Source of the DNA: Octopus vulgaris
Taxonomy: Eukaryota
DNA: 64,000 nucleotides
Assembly (NCBI GenBank): GCA_951406725.2
Contig: OX597826.1
Coordinates: 64,914,001 to 64,978,000, forward strand
Direction: 5' to 3'
This document shows, piece after piece, positions 54,655 to 64,000 of this stretch. The notes beneath the pieces were generated by a model. The model had not been told where the DNA came from and did not search any database. It was given only the letters and a program-made list of their open reading frames with translations. Each line of letters begins with the position of its first letter. Position 1 is the stretch's first letter. The position numbers were made by a program, and so were the translations under genes.

Positions 54655-54885
54655 CTTCTTTATTGCTCACAAGGGGCTAAATACAGAGGGGACAAACAAG
54701 AACAGACAAAGGGATTAAGTCAATTACATCGACCCCGGTGCATAACTGGTACTTAATTTATCGACCCCGAAAGGATGAAAGGCAAAGTCAACCTCGGCGG
54801 AATTTGAACTCATAACGTAACAGCAGATGAAATACCGCTAGGCATTTCACCTGGTGTGCTAACGCTTCTTTCAGCTTGCTGCCTT
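54655..54885 (-). mobile_element. SINE family B
   Basis: Reverse complement of 27884-28115. Confidence 0.8.
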
Positions 54886-56160
54886 ACCTGAATGCATACT
54901 TGTCTGTATTTAGTCTTCATTGAAAATAGTTCATCTATTCAAAGTAAGTCCCTACATAAAGGTCGTGGAATAGGTATGCAAAATCTTTAACGCCAACTCC
55001 TCTTTTTGAAATTAGATGAAAAGACATATTGTCTATACCATTTGAAAGTACTAAGCAATGTACATCATCAGGGTACTTTTTAGTACCCCAACTTAGCTAT
55101 ATTCTGATCAACAGTTGAGAAGGCCAGTCATTGAATATGGTTGGAATGAGACAATGAAACTCAGTTATAGAAGTCAGACCTTCATGATGATACAATTCAA
55201 ATGGTTCTCATGATCTGAGATAAAGGACTTGAGACCAAATGCTAGTGAGTTTGATCCAGCAAGCAGAGCCTGGCATCAGTGAGTGGGGGCCAGTGCACCA
55301 TAATGCCTTCAAGTAGAAAGCCCCAAAAACTGCACATTCTCTCCTGATAACTCCTTAAACCTACTTGCATTTGGTATGCAAAGTTTTTTCACAAGCAAGC
55401 TTTTTGCATGTCTCATACTTACAAGCACTTTAGATACAAGACAAAATTTAAAAAATTAAGAGGCTCTTTTTATAAAAAAAAAAAAAAGTGAAAGGATATA
55501 AAAGAAATAAAAACAAATACTTTAAAAGAAAATTAAGAACATCACTGTTTACCAATTCAAAAATCTAAAGTACTTCAAAGTTAAAACTAAAAAATTGAGC
55601 AAATTACTAGATGTGACCCCAGCATGACCACAATCTGTAGCTGGAACAAGTTAAAGTAAAACCATGTAAAGCAACTGTTAACAAATGACCATTTTAAAAG
55701 AAATAATATAAAATTGAAACAAATATAACATGACTAATGACATTAAATGAAACATAAATTATCTTGCAAACTATTGAAAAGTTTATCCTCACAGAATTTA
55801 TTAGTGGAACATTCTAGCCTTAGAAGGAGAGTTAAAGCAAAAGCACAAATCCTAAATTTAGTAACATTTTTACTCTTAGAATTGCCTCTAGAAGAACCTC
55901 CTTTATAGAATCAATAGGATCATTAGAGAGTTGGAAAAATACCTTGCAATAATTGTTCCTGTTCTTTACTTTCAAATGCTGCTAGAGTTAACTTTGCCTT
56001 TTTTTTTCTTTTAGTCCATAAAATAAAGTACCTTTTTAGTGCTGGGATCAATGTAATCAATTACTCTTTCCTTCAAAACAAGTTTTGGGAGAAGGGGGAG
56101 CAATGTAACTGGCTAGCCCCCTCCCCCAAATTTCAGGCCTTGTGCCTATAGTAGAAGGGG

Positions 56161-57170
56161 TTATTAGCTCTGCCTTTGCTAAGGTGGAAGTATTGTTTTC
56201 AGTCTTGTTTGTTTGTCTATGGACAAGATATCTCAAGAACCACTGGATGGACTCGGATTAAACTTTCAGGGATGTTTGACCTCGTGATTGGTGCGAACTA
56301 ATTAGAATTTGGGATCGATCCGGTATCAGACAAGGATTCTGGATTATTTGTTATATTTACTTTACATGAAGTATTACGATCTTATGTTGACTTTCAAGTC
56401 TTTCTCTGATTATCTCCCTTGAAAGCACACTTAAGGTTTCCATGTAAATTATGGCGGCATTGCTGTTTCCATAGTTTTATATTTGTTTCTCGAGCGTGGC
56501 CGTCTGCCAGCCTCGTCTGGCACCTGTGTCGGTGGCACATGAAAAACACCATCCGAGCGTGGCCGTCTGCCAGCCTCGTCTGGCACCTGTGTCGGTGGCA
56601 CATGAAAAACACCATCCGAGCGTGGCCGTCTGCCAGCCTCGTCTGGCACCTGTGTTGGTGGCACATAAAATCACCCACTACACTCTCGGAGTGGTTGGCG
56701 TTAGGAAGGGCATCCAGCTGTAGAAACACTGCCAGATCTGACTGGCCTGGTGCAGCCTTCGGGCTTGCCAGACCCCAGTTGAACCGTCCAACCCATGCTA
56801 GCATGGAAAGCGGACGTTAAACGATGATGATGATGATGATGATGATTGTTAATTTTACTCACATCTCTATCTTAGTAGAAACTGATGGATAAAAAAATCA
56901 AATTACATAAACAAACAGCAGCAAAACCATTCAGAAATTAAACAACACTAACATATTCATTGGGATCGATCAGGCACCGGACAAGGATTCTGGATTATTT
57001 TACCTTTTTCTTTTTTTACTTAATTTTTGAGAGTGGTCAGGTTCATTTTTAGTATTCTCGATTGTGAGAGCAGTCGAGTTTATTTCAGATATTCTCATCT
57101 CCGGCTAATCATTGAGAGAACGTTGGTATGTTGCCTTGGTGGAGGTTTGCACTCTCTGAGTGCTCTTGTT
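56161..57170 (+). mobile_element. Helentron-associated (HINE/DINE-1-like) element, interrupted
   Basis: 5' ttatta-gctctgcc...ggtggaag stem with (tgtt/tgtc) repeats. 3' ggtggaggtttGCACTCtctGAGTGC hairpin then ttgtt. Interrupted by an RTE 3'-UTR insert. Confidence 0.6.
56490..56846 (+). mobile_element. RTE 3'-UTR fragment with three ~62 bp tandem units and (GAT)n tail
   Basis: Three copies of cgagcgtggccgtctgccagcctcgtctggcacctgtgtcggtggcacat..., then the conserved tail. Confidence 0.85.
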
Positions 57171-57616
57171 ATTTATTATTGCTACTATTATTAAGGCAGC
57201 AAGCTGGCAGAATTGTTAGCACTCTGAGCAAAATGCTTAGCAGCATTTCATCCATTTTTACATTCTGAGTTCAAATTCTGCCAAGGTCATCTTTGCCTTT
57301 CAACCTTTCAGGATCGATTAAATAAGTACCAGTTACACACTGGAGTCGATGTAATCAACTTAATCCCTTCCCCCAAATTTGAGGCTGTGTGCTTCCAGTA
57401 GAAAGGATTATTATTATTATTATTATTATCATCATCATCATTATTATTATGTCACAATTCTTATTTCCTCATGATACATGAACTTACTTTATTTTGCTAA
57501 TTTTATAACCTTAAGACTGACTTGGGATGGGGGAGGCTAATTCAAAAGAAAAATTCTTGTACAGGTTTGGTTTTTTTGGGGGTTTTTTCTAATTTTAAAT
57601 TTTCTATATTTTATAG

Positions 57617-57779
57617 CACATTCGAAGGGAGGGAACTACCATCATTATAAATGAATCCGATGACGGCCTTGAGGTTAATGCTACAATGACCAATGCTGCA
57701 TATGCCGACACTGGTAGGTTTACATGCACTTACAGAAGGAGGGTGTGGCTGAGCTCTGATGTTTACGTTTACTTTAGAG
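57617..57779 (+). CDS. VEGFR: VEGFR/PVR-like receptor exon, C-terminal half of Ig domain 1
   Basis: ttatag acceptor and GTAAGT donor. Encodes HIRREGTTIIINESDDGLEVNATMTNAAYADTGRFTCTYRRRVWLSSDVYVYFR, with a DTGxF/YxC motif and the VYVYF-DP junction typical of PDGFR/VEGFR. Phase 0 to 1. Confidence 0.92.
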
Positions 57780-58024
57780 GTAAGTACTAAATTAGTTTGT
57801 CATTCTGTTTCTAAGTAACTCATCACTCTTTGTAATGACTTATTCCACTGAGCTGGAGTGGTACACTCACATTGCAGTTCTTACATGCTATATTTGGAGG
57901 AAATTCTTGTATATAATATGGCTTTAACTCTTCTGTTATTTTCATGAGCACACTGTTTTGGTATTGAGAAGGTATTGTCTACATTATTTACATTGATGGA
58001 TATTTGTCCTCATCTTGTTTGTTG

Positions 58025-58070
58025 TTAACAAGGTTTCAGCTGATATACCCTCCAGCCTTCTTCAGGTGTC
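58025..58070 (-). ncRNA. Hammerhead-like motif in a SINE-like repeat (3' side decayed)
   Basis: GACAC-CTGAAGA-A-GGCTG(gagggtatat)CAGCT-GAAAC-cttgtt. Inverted paralog at 58446-58488. Confidence 0.45.
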
Positions 58071-58445
58071 TTGGGGAAATTTCGAACCTGGGTTCTCATT
58101 CCAAAGGTATTTTTCGATGTTGTTGTTGTTGTTGTCATTATTATTATTATTATTGTTCAGGTCACTGCTTGGAATCGGTCATTCTGTTTCTAAGTAACTC
58201 ATCACTCTTTGTAATGACTTATTCCACTGAGCTGGAGTGGTACACTCACATTGCAGTTCTTACATGCTATATAACAATATCTTTTTACATGCTCTTCCGT
58301 GTAATCCTACAGCATATCATCCTGTACTGTTAACCCCAAGATTCTGAGTTTGATTCCAAGCAGTGACCTGAACAAGAATAATAATAATAATAATATCATC
58401 GTAAAATACCTTAGGAATGAGAACCCAAGTTCGAAATTTCCCCAA

Positions 58446-58488
58446 GACACCTGAAAAAGGCTGGAGGGTATATCAGCTGAAACGTGTT
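58446..58488 (+). ncRNA. Hammerhead-like motif in a SINE-like repeat (decayed core)
   Basis: GACAC-CTGAAAA-A-GGCTG...CAGCT-GAAAC-GTGTT. G8 is changed to A and stem III is shortened. Confidence 0.45.
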
Positions 58489-58683
58489 AACAACAAACAA
58501 GATGACAAATATCCATTGAATGTAAATAATGTACATAATTCCTCATCTCTTAAATATAGAAAGATATTGTCTATTTTAATAGAGTTATAATGTGTTGAAT
58601 CAGCCAAATAAAGACATACAATAGAAATACAAAATGGCTGACGGTTAGTAAGGAGAGACACAAATAAGAAAGAAGAAAACAAA

Positions 58684-58728
58684 GGACCACTGATGCGGTC
58701 ACAGGAGTGTGACGAAAGAACTCTGGCC
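58684..58728 (+). ncRNA. Minimal hammerhead-like motif (A9->C)
   Basis: GGACCA-CTGATGC-G-GTCACA(ggag)TGTGAC-GAA-AG(aa)CT-C-TGGCC. Confidence 0.55.
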
Positions 58729-59227
58729 GAAATAAGATTAAGATTAATGTAAAAAATAAATAACACTGAAGCAAAATAACACCAAATATATAGTGCGTGT
58801 GTTTTTATTGGCTAAACTGGCAAAATGACCATTCCGAAATATAACAATATCTTTTTACATGCTCTTCCGTGTAATCCTACAGCATATCATCCTGTACTGT
58901 TCCCCATGTTTTTTGTGATCAATAAAGAAAAAAAATCATCATCATCATTATTATTAGGCAGGTAGCTGGCAGAATTGATTAGCATGCTGGATGAAATGCT
59001 TAGCAGTATTTCATCCTTCTTTACGTTCTGAGTTCAAATTCCACCAAGGTTGACTTTGCTTTTCATCCTTCCAGGGTCAATAAAATAAGTACCAGTTGAA
59101 TATTATATTTGATGTAATTGATTTATCCCCCTTCCCCTGAAATTGCTGGCCTTGTGCTAAAATTTAAAACCCAGGACAATTTTGCCTTTCGTCCTTTTGG
59201 GGTCAATAAATTAAGTACCAGTGAAAC

Positions 59228-59345
59228 ACTTCTTCTTCTTCGTCTTCTTCTTCTCCGTCTTCTTCTTCTTCGTCTTCTTCTTCTTCTGCGTCTTCTTCTT
59301 CTTCTTCTTCTTCTTCTGCATCTTCTTCTTCATCTTCTTCTTCTT
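59228..59345. repeat. (CTT)n microsatellite
   Basis: Interrupted trinucleotide run between SINE B pieces. Confidence 0.95.
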
Positions 59346-59678
59346 GCAGTGAGCTGGCAGAATTGTTAGCATGCTGGATGAAATGCTTAGTAGTATTTCG
59401 CCTGTCGCTATGTTCTGAGCTCAAATTCCACCAAGGTTGACTTTACCTTTCATCCTTCTGGGGTCAATAAATTAAGTACCAGTGAAAAACTGGGGTCAAT
59501 GTAATTGACACATCCCCTGCCTCAGAATGGCTGCCCTTGTGGCAAAATTTGAAACCAGTCTTCTTCTTCTTCTTCTTCTTATTATTATTATTATTACTAT
59601 TCATTAGTCTTATTTTTATCACATTCTTTCACTGCACTACCAAGCACAGCCCTGTGTACCTTGGGTATGTGCTGTGGT

Positions 59679-60399
59679 ACTTAACAGACACTGACTTTGC
59701 TGACGACATCGCTATTATCAGTGATTCTCTCTCCAATGCCCAGTCTCTTTTACAATCTCTTGAACAAGCCTCAAATTGTGTAGGTCTTTACCTCAATGAG
59801 TCCAAGACTGAATATGTAAACAAGTGCCTGTCCAACAGTGATTTCATCATCCATACTCTCAACAATACGCTCTTAAATATGGTTTCTGATTATAAATATC
59901 TTGGGTCATACTATCATCATCTGAAAAAGATTTTCTAACTAGAAAGGGTATGACCTGGTCAGCATAAGATCTGGTATTCAAATCTAAGTAGAGATTTCAC
60001 ACTTAAAATCTTCACAGCCACAGTTGAACCAGTTCTACTATATTGCTCAGAAACCTGGACGTTATCAAAGAAGCTTGAGAGGCAGTTGGATGGAACTTAC
60101 ACTCGCCTCCTTATGAGAGCTCAAAATCTCTCATGGAAGCGTCATCCAACCAAAGTACAAAAAGAGTCCAGTTTGCTGGACATTGTTGTAGAGCTGAAAA
60201 CGAGGTAAATTTCTACTCTTCTCCTCTGGAAGCCACCTGCTCGCGATACCAGAGGGCACATACTCTCCTACCCTGATGTAATCTCCAGGGATACAGGCAT
60301 CCAGCAACAGGACCTCCGTAATGCTATGATGGACCGTGAAGTCTGGCATAACATAGTAAATTCCATTGTCTCAACCATGGCCGAACAATGATGATGATG
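59679..60399 (+). mobile_element. 5'-truncated RTE-like LINE with TSD
   Basis: LTDTDFADDIAII...GLYLNESKTEY...YKYLGS (RT motifs 5-7) and an (ATG)n tail. TSD ATGTGCTGTGGT at 59667-59678 and 60400-60411. Confidence 0.9.
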
Positions 60400-60489
60400 A
60401 TGTGCTGTGGTTTGTTTTTGGTGTTGCTATTTCTTGCTAATTTTTAGGATGTGTACAGTACCTAGTAGTACCATTTTCTGTATATAATA

Positions 60490-60800
60490 TATATTCTTTA
60501 TATTCTTAAGTCCTGGTGTTTTGGTTATGTATTTGTCTGTATTTTTTTTAACCATACCTAATGCACCTGTTGTTATCAGGATTGTTTCTGTTTTTCGGCT
60601 CTACATTCAGGTTATCTCTATTTCCAAATCTTTGCATTTTGAGAATTTTTCCTTTGCTTTTAGAGATACATTGTCAGTTTTTGGGATGGATACATCAATT
60701 AGAAGACATTCTTTTTTCTTGATGATCTCTGACAACTACACCCAATGTCTTAGCCTTGATCTCTCTATCTGTGTATATTGGTATATCCTAGAGTATAATT
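60490..60800 (-). mobile_element. R4/Dong-like non-LTR element 3' fragment (restriction-like endonuclease)
   Basis: Minus strand CLLIDVSIPKTDNVSLKAKEKFSKCKDLEIEI...ITTGALGMVKK, adjacent to an (ATT)n tract. Confidence 0.68.
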
Positions 60801-60856
60801 GCTTTATTATTATTATTATTATTATGATTATTATTATCTATTTATTTATATTTCAG

Positions 60857-61126
60857 ATCCAGATAACTTCTTTGTTGAAAGTATTATATTCAGTCTTGTC
60901 ACGAGCCTTCAACCAGGATACTTCAGTTGCCTAGTGACAGACCCTAATATCAAAGTGAGCCTACAGAAGCATAGCAAACCTGTTGAACTTAGCAAAAACC
61001 TCCAGTATGACCCAAAAAAGGGTTTTGTAATTAAAGTTCCAACAGTGCTGTACACTGGCACTTTTACATGTGTTGGAGAACTTGACAATAAAACTCAAAC
61101 AGTAACTGTGCACAGCACTTTTCAGG
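60857..61126 (+). CDS. VEGFR: VEGFR/PVR-like receptor exon, Ig domain 2 (ligand-binding domain in VEGFR/PDGFR)
   Basis: tttcag acceptor and GTGAGT donor. Encodes DPDNFFVES...FSCLVTDPNIKVSLQK...QYDPKKGFVIKVPTVLYTGTFTCVG..., where C-x-V-T-D-P-N and YDPKKGF match class III/V RTK Ig2. Phase 1 to 1. Confidence 0.92.
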
Positions 61127-61419
61127 GTGAGTTGGTGTTATTTGTTTACTTTATATATTCACTCTCTTAGATTTTGATCCAAATAGTACCACGACAGCCA
61201 AAAACTAGAAGTAGGATCAAAAATTCTTATTGATAACATTGTCGAGGGTTTTTTTACAAATTCGGTATTTGTATATTTCAAGCTTTGCTACAAATACAAT
61301 GTTATGTTCCCTAGATACCGGTATGGTTGTGTGGTTAAGAAGATTGCTCTAGAGCTATGTGGTCTTGAGTTCAGTCCTACTGCATGGCATCTTGGGGAAA
61401 TGTTTTTTACTATAATATG

Positions 61420-61920
61420 CAACCAAGCGAACACCCTCTATCAGGCATCTACCATACTCTGAATGCCTTGCTTCCTTGGACAAGGATCCATTGAAACTCC
61501 AACATCTGGCAACTGACTTGGTAAACACCCACAAAATTATTAACCATCGTGCCAACAAACTTGAGCACCTTTTTGAATTCCAAGTGTTTAAAACACATGG
61601 GCATGTTACAAAGTCAAAAAATAGTACAGCTCCCGTGACTTTCAGAAACATTTTTTTCACACTCAGTGTTGCTGAAGCATGGAACAAATTACCTGCATCA
61701 GTTGTTTGTTAGCTGCTGAGACATAGCATCCTTTAAAATATCCATGCTCCCTGAAATTCACCAACACTACACCTGATATCCCTTCACTCCATAAGCATTC
61801 ACACATGTATATCATGACTCATACACTGTTCACTTTCCTGACATCTGTACATAATTCTATGTACTGTACATGCACATTTGATAAGTTGTAGTGCACCTGA
61901 GCACTGTACACAATAATTTC

Positions 61921-61950
<30 letters not shown>
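61420..61950 (+). mobile_element. CR1/L2-group LINE 3' end
   Basis: YSECLASLDKDPLKLQHLATDLVNTHKIIN and FRNIFFTLSVAEAWNKLPASVV, followed by a UTR and (TTA)n tail. Confidence 0.78.
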
Positions 61951-61953
<3 letters not shown>

Positions 61954-61969
61954 AGATGCAGCACGGATT

Positions 61970-62020
61970 TTTGTCAGTGAACAGGTCGCGGTCTTAAAGC
62001 GACGAAAATATTTTGACAAA
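61970..62020 (+). ncRNA. Minimal hammerhead ribozyme with G3:C8 compensatory core
   Basis: TTTGTCA-GTGAACA-G-GTCGC(ggtcttaaa)GCGAC-GAA-AATATT(palindrome)-T-TGACAAA. Perfect 7-bp stem I and 5-bp stem II. Confidence 0.72.
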
Positions 62021-62659
62021 TTAAACTTAAGTGTTGAAGTGAATTGAACGGCTTTTGTGTATTTCTTAAATGGCTTACAAACACCTTCCACGCTGCAATT
62101 GTTTTCGTTTCAGCACACGATCTCAGATCAAATCACTTGCTATGCAAGTACATCCCCATAATACTATTAACACAACAACAAAAACAACACAAAGCCGATC
62201 AAAGCCTTGTGAGTGGATTTAGTCAGCAGAAACTGAAAGGATTCCATTGTGTGTGTTGTTTGTTTATTCCCATCATACAATTGGTATAAATGAGCATCGT
62301 CACCATACAAGGGTATTCCTTCATTTCCAGTCTTCCATGAAAACTTTTCCAGTCATAGGGAAATATTACCTTACTTAGAAACAGGCAAGATACAAAATTT
62401 GCCTCAATGAATCCTACCTGATCCATGCAAGCATGTGAATGTGGAGGACATTAAAACAATGATGATATATGAATAATATTCCTAGTTATATAACTAACCA
62501 AAAAGACCACTATTCATTAAAATACCCAATCAATCAAGTTAATGCATATTACTATTAGAATATTGACTCTCAACCAAATATCAGGTAAAGAATAAACTTG
62601 TTGATCAGACAGGTGCAAGTACATCTGCACCGTAGGTATTACAATAAACTTTACTCTTT

Positions 62660-62981
62660 CTCTTTTACTCTTTTACTTGTTTCAGTCATTTGACTGCGGC
62701 CATGCTGGAGCACCGTCTTTAGTCGAGCAAATCGACCCCAGAACTTATTCTTTGTAAACCCAGTACTTATTCTATCAGTCTCTTTTGCCGAACCGCTAAG
62801 TGACGGGGACGTAAACACACCAGCATCGGTTGTCAGGCAATGCTAGGGGGACAAACACAGACACACAAACACACACACACATATACATATATATATATAT
62901 ATACACATATATACGACAGGCTTCTTTCAGTTTCCGTCTACCAAATCCACTCACAAGGCATTGGTTGGCCACTCCTGCGCC
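62660..62981 (-). mobile_element. SINE family A with deletion in the head
   Basis: Reverse complement of family A lacking most of the tRNA-like and core part. Confidence 0.82.
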
Positions 62982-63224
62982 TATGTCTGAACATCATAAA
63001 TATCTCTTCATCACTTAGTAATAAGCATTAAGTATGGAGGGAGGTATGAAATAGGAAAATATTTTCTCCAATAAATTGCATATGTATTCTTAGAAAATCT
63101 AAAATAAGTTTTAAAATCATTTAAAATAATTTCTTTTTAATGGAATGGAAACACGAGAAATGAGAAGAGTAATTCATTAACTCTCCTGTAACCATATTTC
63201 TGTTAAAATACTCTGCATTACTCC

Positions 63225-63603
63225 TTTCAGTCATTTGACTGCGGCCATGCTGGAGCACCACCTTTAATCGAGCAACTCGACCCCAGGACTTATTCTTTGT
63301 AAGCCCAGTACTTATTCTATCGGTCTCTTTTGCCAAACCGCTAAGTGACGGGGACATAAACACACCAGCATCGGTTGTCAAGCAATGCTAGGGGAACAAA
63401 CACAAACATACACGCGCACACACATATACATATATATACATATATACGACGGGCTTCTTTCAGTTTCCGTCTACCAAATCCACTCACAAGGCTTTGGTCA
63501 GCCCGAGGCTATAGTAGAAGACATTTGCCCAAGATGCCACGCAGTGGGACTGAACCCGGTACCATGTGGTTGGTAAACATGCTACTTACCACACAGCCAC
63601 TCC
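63225..63603 (-). mobile_element. SINE family A
   Basis: Reverse complement of the family A sequence. Confidence 0.88.
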
Positions 63604-63683
63604 TTCATTTTTAAAATAATGGAGAATTTGGTAAAATATTTTTATCATTATTAGCGCAGGTAAAATATTTTTATCATTATATA

Positions 63684-63855
63684 GGCGCAGGACTGGCTGT
63701 GTGGTAAGTAGCTTGCTTACCAACCACATGGTTCTGGGTTCAGTTCCACTGCATGGCACCTTGGGCAAGTGTCTTCTACTATAGCCTCAGGCCGACCAAA
63801 GCCTTGTGAGTGAATTTGGTAGACAGAAACTGAAAGAAGCCCTCGTATATATGTG

Positions 63856-63888
<33 letters not shown>

Positions 63889-64000
63889 CTGTGTTTGTTC
63901 CCCCCACCCCCATCGCTTGACAACCGATGCTGGTGTGTTTACATCCCCGTAACTTAGCGATTCGGCAAAAGAGACCAATAGAATAAGTACTAGGCTTACA
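63684..64000 (+). mobile_element. SINE family A (runs off window)
   Basis: Matches family A. Head-to-head with 63225-63603. Confidence 0.88.

Noticed and set aside
59118-59424. Poly-Leu and poly-Glu/Asp ORFs
   Set aside because: They come from a (CTT)n microsatellite between SINE B fragments.

Overview
AT-rich, repeat-dense eukaryotic DNA. The SINE, LINE and microsatellite content looks like a cephalopod (Octopus-like) genome; this is an inference. The only protein-coding gene I can support is a + strand VEGFR/PDGFR-family (PVR-like) receptor. It has a signal-peptide exon (5653-5773), a ~47.6 kb first intron, and three phase-compatible Ig-domain exons (53397-53521, 57617-57779, 60857-61126), and it continues past the window. 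A compact promoter at ~4920-4980 looks bidirectional, with a candidate minus-strand first exon ending ATG|GTGAGT. The introns contain four tRNA-derived SINE families, RTE, CR1 and R4/Dong-like LINE fragments, mariner and DD37D transposase relics, Helitron/Helentron derivatives, piggyBac-like and fold-back MITEs, and long (TA)n/(TG)n tracts. The most unusual signal is a set of at least 8 minimal type I hammerhead-ribozyme-like motifs from about 7 apparently unrelated short elements. Several sit in microsatellites or between inverted or direct duplications. One has a compensatory G3:C8 core and one has a large branched stem II. Nearly all ORFs in the supplied track are repeat or microsatellite artefacts. 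All folds and alignments were made by eye.
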